64,000 bases of DNA from Candidatus Krumholzibacteriota bacterium. GTDB taxonomy: Bacteria > Krumholzibacteriota > Krumholzibacteriia > JAJRXK01. The stretch's first letter is position 1. Each line of letters starts with the position of its first letter. This document shows positions 59,945 to 64,000 of this stretch, one piece after another. The notes below the pieces were generated by a model. The model was not told the origin of the DNA. It did no database searches and saw nothing but the letters and a program-made list of their open reading frames with translations. Where the stretch lies: assembly GCA_963764625.1 (NCBI GenBank), contig CAVXTH010000006.1, positions 96,001-160,000 on the forward strand, read 5' to 3'. The position numbers were made by a program, and so were the translations under genes.

Positions 59945-62248
59945 ATGCTTCAAGGTCTCAATCCACAGCAGCGGCAAGCAGTCGTGAACACTCGGGGACC
60001 CATGCTGGTCATCGCCGGCGCGGGTAGCGGGAAGACACGCGTGCTCACCACTCGCATCGCCTATCTCATCAAGGAAGAGGGTGTTCGCCCGGAGAACATC
60101 CTCGCCTTCACGTTCACCAACAAGGCAGCGCGCGAGATGCGCGAGCGCGTCGAGGCCCTCAGCCACGAGGGAAAGCGGGCCTGGATCGGCACCTTCCACG
60201 CCACCGGGGTGAGAATTCTGAGGCGCGAGGCCGAGCGCTTGGGCTATTCGCGAGAGTTCAGCATTTACGACGCGGACGATAGCCGCGCCGTGATCAGGGC
60301 GATTCTGAAAAGACGCCACGCCGATCCCAAGGAATTCACCCCACGCGCGGTTGCTACCGCCATCAGCCACTTCAAGAATCAATCCATGAGTCCGCGGGAA
60401 GCCCAAGAGGACGCGATGACGGGATGGGAAGAGCGCATGGCCAAGGTCTACTCCGAGTACGAGAAGGAGCTGCGCTCGAACCAGGCCATGGACTTCGACG
60501 ATCTCATCGCGCGCACCGTGGAGCTTTTCGAGAAGCACCGAGACGTGCAGGAGCGATACGCGGAGCAATTTCACTACGTGCTCGTCGACGAGTTTCAGGA
60601 CACCAATCCGCTTCAGCTCATTCTGACCAAAGCGCTCAGCGCGCAGTGGGAGAACCTCTTCGCGGTGGGGGACGACGACCAGGCCATCTACTCCTGGCGG
60701 GGCGCGACGGTGGAGAACATGCTCTCCTTCGAGGAGTATTTTCCCGGCGCCAAGGTTCTGCGGCTCGAACAGAACTACCGCTCTACCGGCATCATTCTCC
60801 GCGCGGCGAACGAGGTCATAGCGCACAATCGCAAGAGACGAGGCAAGAAGCTCTGGACCGAAGCGGCTGACGGACTGCCCCTCGAATTGTGGTGGGTGGA
60901 CGACGAAGAGGGCGAAGGGTCGGCGATCAAGAGCCGGATCGAAGAACTCGGAAGCAGCGAGGGATTTCACCGGCGGGACTGTGTCATTCTCTACCGCACG
61001 AACGCACAGAGCCGTGCTCTGGAAGATGCCTTGCGCCGCGCCGGGCTTCCCTATCAAATCGTGGGAGGAACGCGCTTCTACGAGCGGCGTGAAGTGCGCG
61101 ACATTCTGGCCTATCTCAAACTGATCGTAAATCCTTCCGACCAGGTGAGTTTGGAGCGCGTGATCAACTTGCCGCGCCGCGGTATCGGCAAGAAGAGCGT
61201 GGAGAGGCTGCTGGAAGCCGCCGGGCAACACGATCTCTCGCCCCTACGATTTTGTGAGTTGCACCCCGAACTCCTCGCGAAGTTCTGCGGGAGGGGAGCC
61301 TCGCGCATCCAGAGCTTCGTGACTCTCGTCACCGCGATGCGGCGAATGGCGGAGAGCCAGAACGCGGCCTCGGTGGTGGAGGAAGTTTTGCGCAGCACGA
61401 AGTACCTGGAATGGTTGCACGAGGACGATCCGGCCACCGCCGAGGACCGGGAAGAGAACGTCCGCGAACTGCTGCACGCCGCCGAGTCGTTCGTGGCGGA
61501 GAGCGATGAGGGGCGCCTCTTCGATTTTCTCGAGTCGGTGGCGCTCTTGGCCGAAGTGGACCGCATGGACGCGGCCGGGGACATGGTGACGCTCATGACC
61601 ATGCACAACGCGAAAGGACTCGAATTCCCCGCCGTCTTCGTCGCCGGGTGCGAGGAGAACCTGCTTCCCCACGCCAACAGCATCGACGAAGAGAATCGTC
61701 TGGAGGAGGAGAGGAGGCTCTTCTACGTGGCGCTGACGCGTGCGCGTCAGAGAATATTCTTGAGTGCGGCCGCATTCAGACGGCGTTTCGGGGGATCCGA
61801 ACCGGCCTACCCGAGCCGTTTTCTCAGCGAGATTCCCGCGGACATCGTGGTGGAAAAGGGGGAGAGGGTATCTCCCGAGGAGAACTACGGGGTGAGACTC
61901 TCCGGAGTCCGCAGGAGAACTCGCGGTGTCTCCTCGGAGAATTCAGCTTCGCCTGCCCAGGATGCGTACGGAGCCGAGGCGTTTCTCAAGAGCAAGGCCA
62001 AACAGAAGGCCCAGTCCGGGAGCGACCACGGCTTTCAGGATCACGAGTTCAGCCAGGAAGAGCTGGTCTTCGAGATCGGACAGCGAGTACGTCACCAAAC
62101 CCTGGGCGAAGGAACGATCACGGAAGTGGAAGGTTTCGGTGAGCTGACACGTCTCACCATCGAGTTCGGAGATAGCGGCCGCAAGCGGGTCCTGGCCCGC
62201 TACGCGAAACTCGAGATTCTCGAAAAGGACGGGGACCTGCCGTTCTAG
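59945..62248 (+). CDS. pcrA: ATP-dependent DNA helicase PcrA/UvrD
   Basis: AGAGSGKT, VDEFQDTN, LEQNYRS, KGLEF, EERRLFYVALTRA, C-terminal Tudor-like domain. Confidence 0.95.
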   Translation: MLQGLNPQQRQAVVNTRGPMLVIAGAGSGKTRVLTTRIAYLIKEEGVRPENILAFTFTNKAAREMRERVEALSHEGKRAWIGTFHATGVRILRREAERLGYSREFSIYDADDSRAVIRAILKRRHADPKEFTPRAVATAISHFKNQSMSPREAQEDAMTGWEERMAKVYSEYEKELRSNQAMDFDDLIARTVELFEKHRDVQERYAEQFHYVLVDEFQDTNPLQLILTKALSAQWENLFAVGDDDQAIYSWRGATVENMLSFEEYFPGAKVLRLEQNYRSTGIILRAANEVIAHNRKRRGKKLWTEAADGLPLELWWVDDEEGEGSAIKSRIEELGSSEGFHRRDCVILYRTNAQSRALEDALRRAGLPYQIVGGTRFYERREVRDILAYLKLIVNPSDQVSLERVINLPRRGIGKKSVERLLEAAGQHDLSPLRFCELHPELLAKFCGRGASRIQSFVTLVTAMRRMAESQNAASVVEEVLRSTKYLEWLHEDDPATAEDREENVRELLHAAESFVAESDEGRLFDFLESVALLAEVDRMDAAGDMVTLMTMHNAKGLEFPAVFVAGCEENLLPHANSIDEENRLEEERRLFYVALTRARQRIFLSAAAFRRRFGGSEPAYPSRFLSEIPADIVVEKGERVSPEENYGVRLSGVRRRTRGVSSENSASPAQDAYGAEAFLKSKAKQKAQSGSDHGFQDHEFSQEELVFEIGQRVRHQTLGEGTITEVEGFGELTRLTIEFGDSGRKRVLARYAKLEILEKDGDLPF

Positions 62249-62259
62249 GGGATCCCGCC

Positions 62260-63999
62260 TCAGCGCACCAGGGTGACGCGCTGACTGCTCGTGCCCGCGT
62301 CCGTCTGCATGCGCAGGAAATAGAGTCCACTCGAGACGGCATGTCCGTCGCCGTCACGCCCGTCCCACTGCAGGGAAACCGGTCCCGGTGAAACCCTCCC
62401 CGATCTCAGAGTCCGAAGCCTCCGCCCGGCGACGTCGTAGATCTCCACGCTGAGGGAAGCGTCGCGCTGCGCGTAGGCCGGCAGATTGAAGACCGCTCCG
62501 GATGAAGCAATGAAGGGGTTGGGGTAGCCGGTCTCGAAGGAAATCCCCCCCGGGGTCGAGAACACGGGTGCGGTGTCTTGGTAGATGAGAAAATCTTGGT
62601 TGGGATCGACTTTCACCGTGCTTACTTCGGCGCCGACGGAGAGAGTCGTGTTCACGGTCGTATCCGTGGTCCACACCCAGGCATCGCTGCTATCACCCTG
62701 CGCCGTGTAGACCCGCACCGGCACCGGCAGAAGGAAGTAGTTCGCCGGGTCCTGGCTCATGGTCAAGCGGAGATCCTCACCTTCTGCCCGCCAGCGCGTC
62801 TGGAGCCGGCACACCTCGGCACGATGCAGCCAGGGGTCGAAGAACCAATCCAGGGCACCGCCGTACACCGCCTCTGCGTGCGACTGGAAGTCGGCACTGG
62901 TCACCGACGAGAAGCGCAGCGCCGGGTCGGAGACGTACTCGCGCATCGTCTGCAGCAGCTTCTCCAGCCCCATGCCGGGAAAGCGTTCTTCGAAGACCAT
63001 GCGAAGCATGTGCAAGACCATTGCACCCTTCTTGTAACTGACGAGCCCGAACAGGTCCGCCGCCGGCGGATCGACGAGGGAGTGATCGAAGGAGTCGATG
63101 TAGTCGAAGAAGCGCAACTGACGATACACACGCGCCACTTCGGCCGAGTAGCGGTGCTCCATCCAGATGACCTCGCAGTACGAAGCGAAGCCTTCGTTCA
63201 GCCAGATCTCTCCCCACCGCTGCACGTGCACGCAATCACCGAACCACTGGTGCGAGAGCTCGTGAGCGACTACCCACTCCCACAGGGGACCTCCAGTGAT
63301 GGAATTGACGGAGCTGTTCACGTAGCTCTGGGACATGCTAGTGCAGGTCGGGTGTTCCATTCCTCCGCCCCACTTGAACATGGCCATGCCGTAGCGTTGC
63401 CTCGCAAAGGGGTAGGGTCCAAACACCGAATCGAAATACTCGACGAGATCGGGGGTCATTCCCCAGGCGAATTTGGAATCGCCCAACCAATCCACCGCAC
63501 CGGGAATCTCCGGCTTGGCGATGTAGTACTCGATCGGCATGTTCACGGTCTGGCCGGTTTCATAATCGGTGACCTGGGCCGTGTCGCTGTAGAAGTCGTA
63601 GTCGGAAATCGCCAAGGAGAAGAGATACGCCGGGATCGGCGCGGTCATCTGGACATCGGTTTGCTTGAGGCCGCCGGGAAGGGAACTCTCCACGATTCGC
63701 GAGCGGTCGGTTCCCGGCACCACCACGGTCAACTGTTCGGGACAGACGATATGAATCGAGAAGGGCGCCGCGTCGTAAGGGGTGTCGTGGCAAGGCCACC
63801 ACGAACGGGCCGACTTGGGCTCGCTCAGGGTCTGGATGATTGGTTTGCCCTCGAAGGTTCCGCGATTGAATCGATTCAACGCGAAGCCCATGAACCCGAA
63901 CGAGATGGGCTGGCCGCGGTACTGCACCGAGATGGTGGTCGAATCGCCGACTGCCAGAGTGGAGGGCAAGGGGATGCTCAGCGTTTCGTCGAGGTGGTT
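62260..63999 (-). CDS. M1-family aminopeptidase with C-terminal FlgD-Ig/T9SS-type tail (5' end outside the window)
   Basis: GGMEH, HELSH...WLNEGFASY, YKKGA; C-terminus YPNPF...IYDVAGR..WDGRD..G...SGLYF; frame is open to the window edge. Confidence 0.9.
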   Translation of the reverse strand, partial: NHLDETLSIPLPSTLAVGDSTTISVQYRGQPISFGFMGFALNRFNRGTFEGKPIIQTLSEPKSARSWWPCHDTPYDAAPFSIHIVCPEQLTVVVPGTDRSRIVESSLPGGLKQTDVQMTAPIPAYLFSLAISDYDFYSDTAQVTDYETGQTVNMPIEYYIAKPEIPGAVDWLGDSKFAWGMTPDLVEYFDSVFGPYPFARQRYGMAMFKWGGGMEHPTCTSMSQSYVNSSVNSITGGPLWEWVVAHELSHQWFGDCVHVQRWGEIWLNEGFASYCEVIWMEHRYSAEVARVYRQLRFFDYIDSFDHSLVDPPAADLFGLVSYKKGAMVLHMLRMVFEERFPGMGLEKLLQTMREYVSDPALRFSSVTSADFQSHAEAVYGGALDWFFDPWLHRAEVCRLQTRWRAEGEDLRLTMSQDPANYFLLPVPVRVYTAQGDSSDAWVWTTDTTVNTTLSVGAEVSTVKVDPNQDFLIYQDTAPVFSTPGGISFETGYPNPFIASSGAVFNLPAYAQRDASLSVEIYDVAGRRLRTLRSGRVSPGPVSLQWDGRDGDGHAVSSGLYFLRMQTDAGTSSQRVTLVR

Positions 64000-64000
64000 G

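Overview
High-GC bacterial chromosome segment, mostly housekeeping genes on the + strand. By inference it comes from a diderm of the FCB-related candidate phyla (Eisenbacteria/Krumholzibacteria/Latescibacteria-like), judged from the FlgD-Ig/T9SS-like C-terminal tail on the M1 peptidase and the gene order. Contents in order: a receiver protein, tRNA-Phe, a polysaccharide deacetylase/ATP-grasp pair, a four-gene type IV minor-pilin operon, MarR, tRNA-Thr, glmM-glmS-ridA, tRNA-Sec, DAGK, lepA (frameshifted)-lepB-hemW, hrcA-grpE-dnaK-[IS]-dnaJ-rsmE, yqeY-cvpA-mutS2, dnaG-rpoD, two tRNAs, zinc ribbon-RNase H-rnpB, recJ-rel-dtd-maf-mtnA, rplM-rpsI-rpsB-tsf-pyrH-frr, a K+ channel remnant, uppS-cdsA-dxr-rseP, tamA-tamB plus a peptidase-propeller-Omp85 protein, pcrA/uvrD and a partial M1 aminopeptidase. 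The best candidate for an undescribed system is the minor-pilin operon (3.5-8.8 kb). Its PilW-type subunit is a ~990-aa fusion of a pilin, three SdrD-B-like repeats and a seven-bladed FG-GAP (integrin-alpha-like) propeller, there is no separate PilY1 in the operon, and sigma54-like sites lie upstream. Other points of interest are an IS1-like element with no target duplication inserted at the dnaK stop codon, a structured element after tRNA-Val, and the protease-Omp85 fusion. All calls come from motif recognition by eye; no searches were run.
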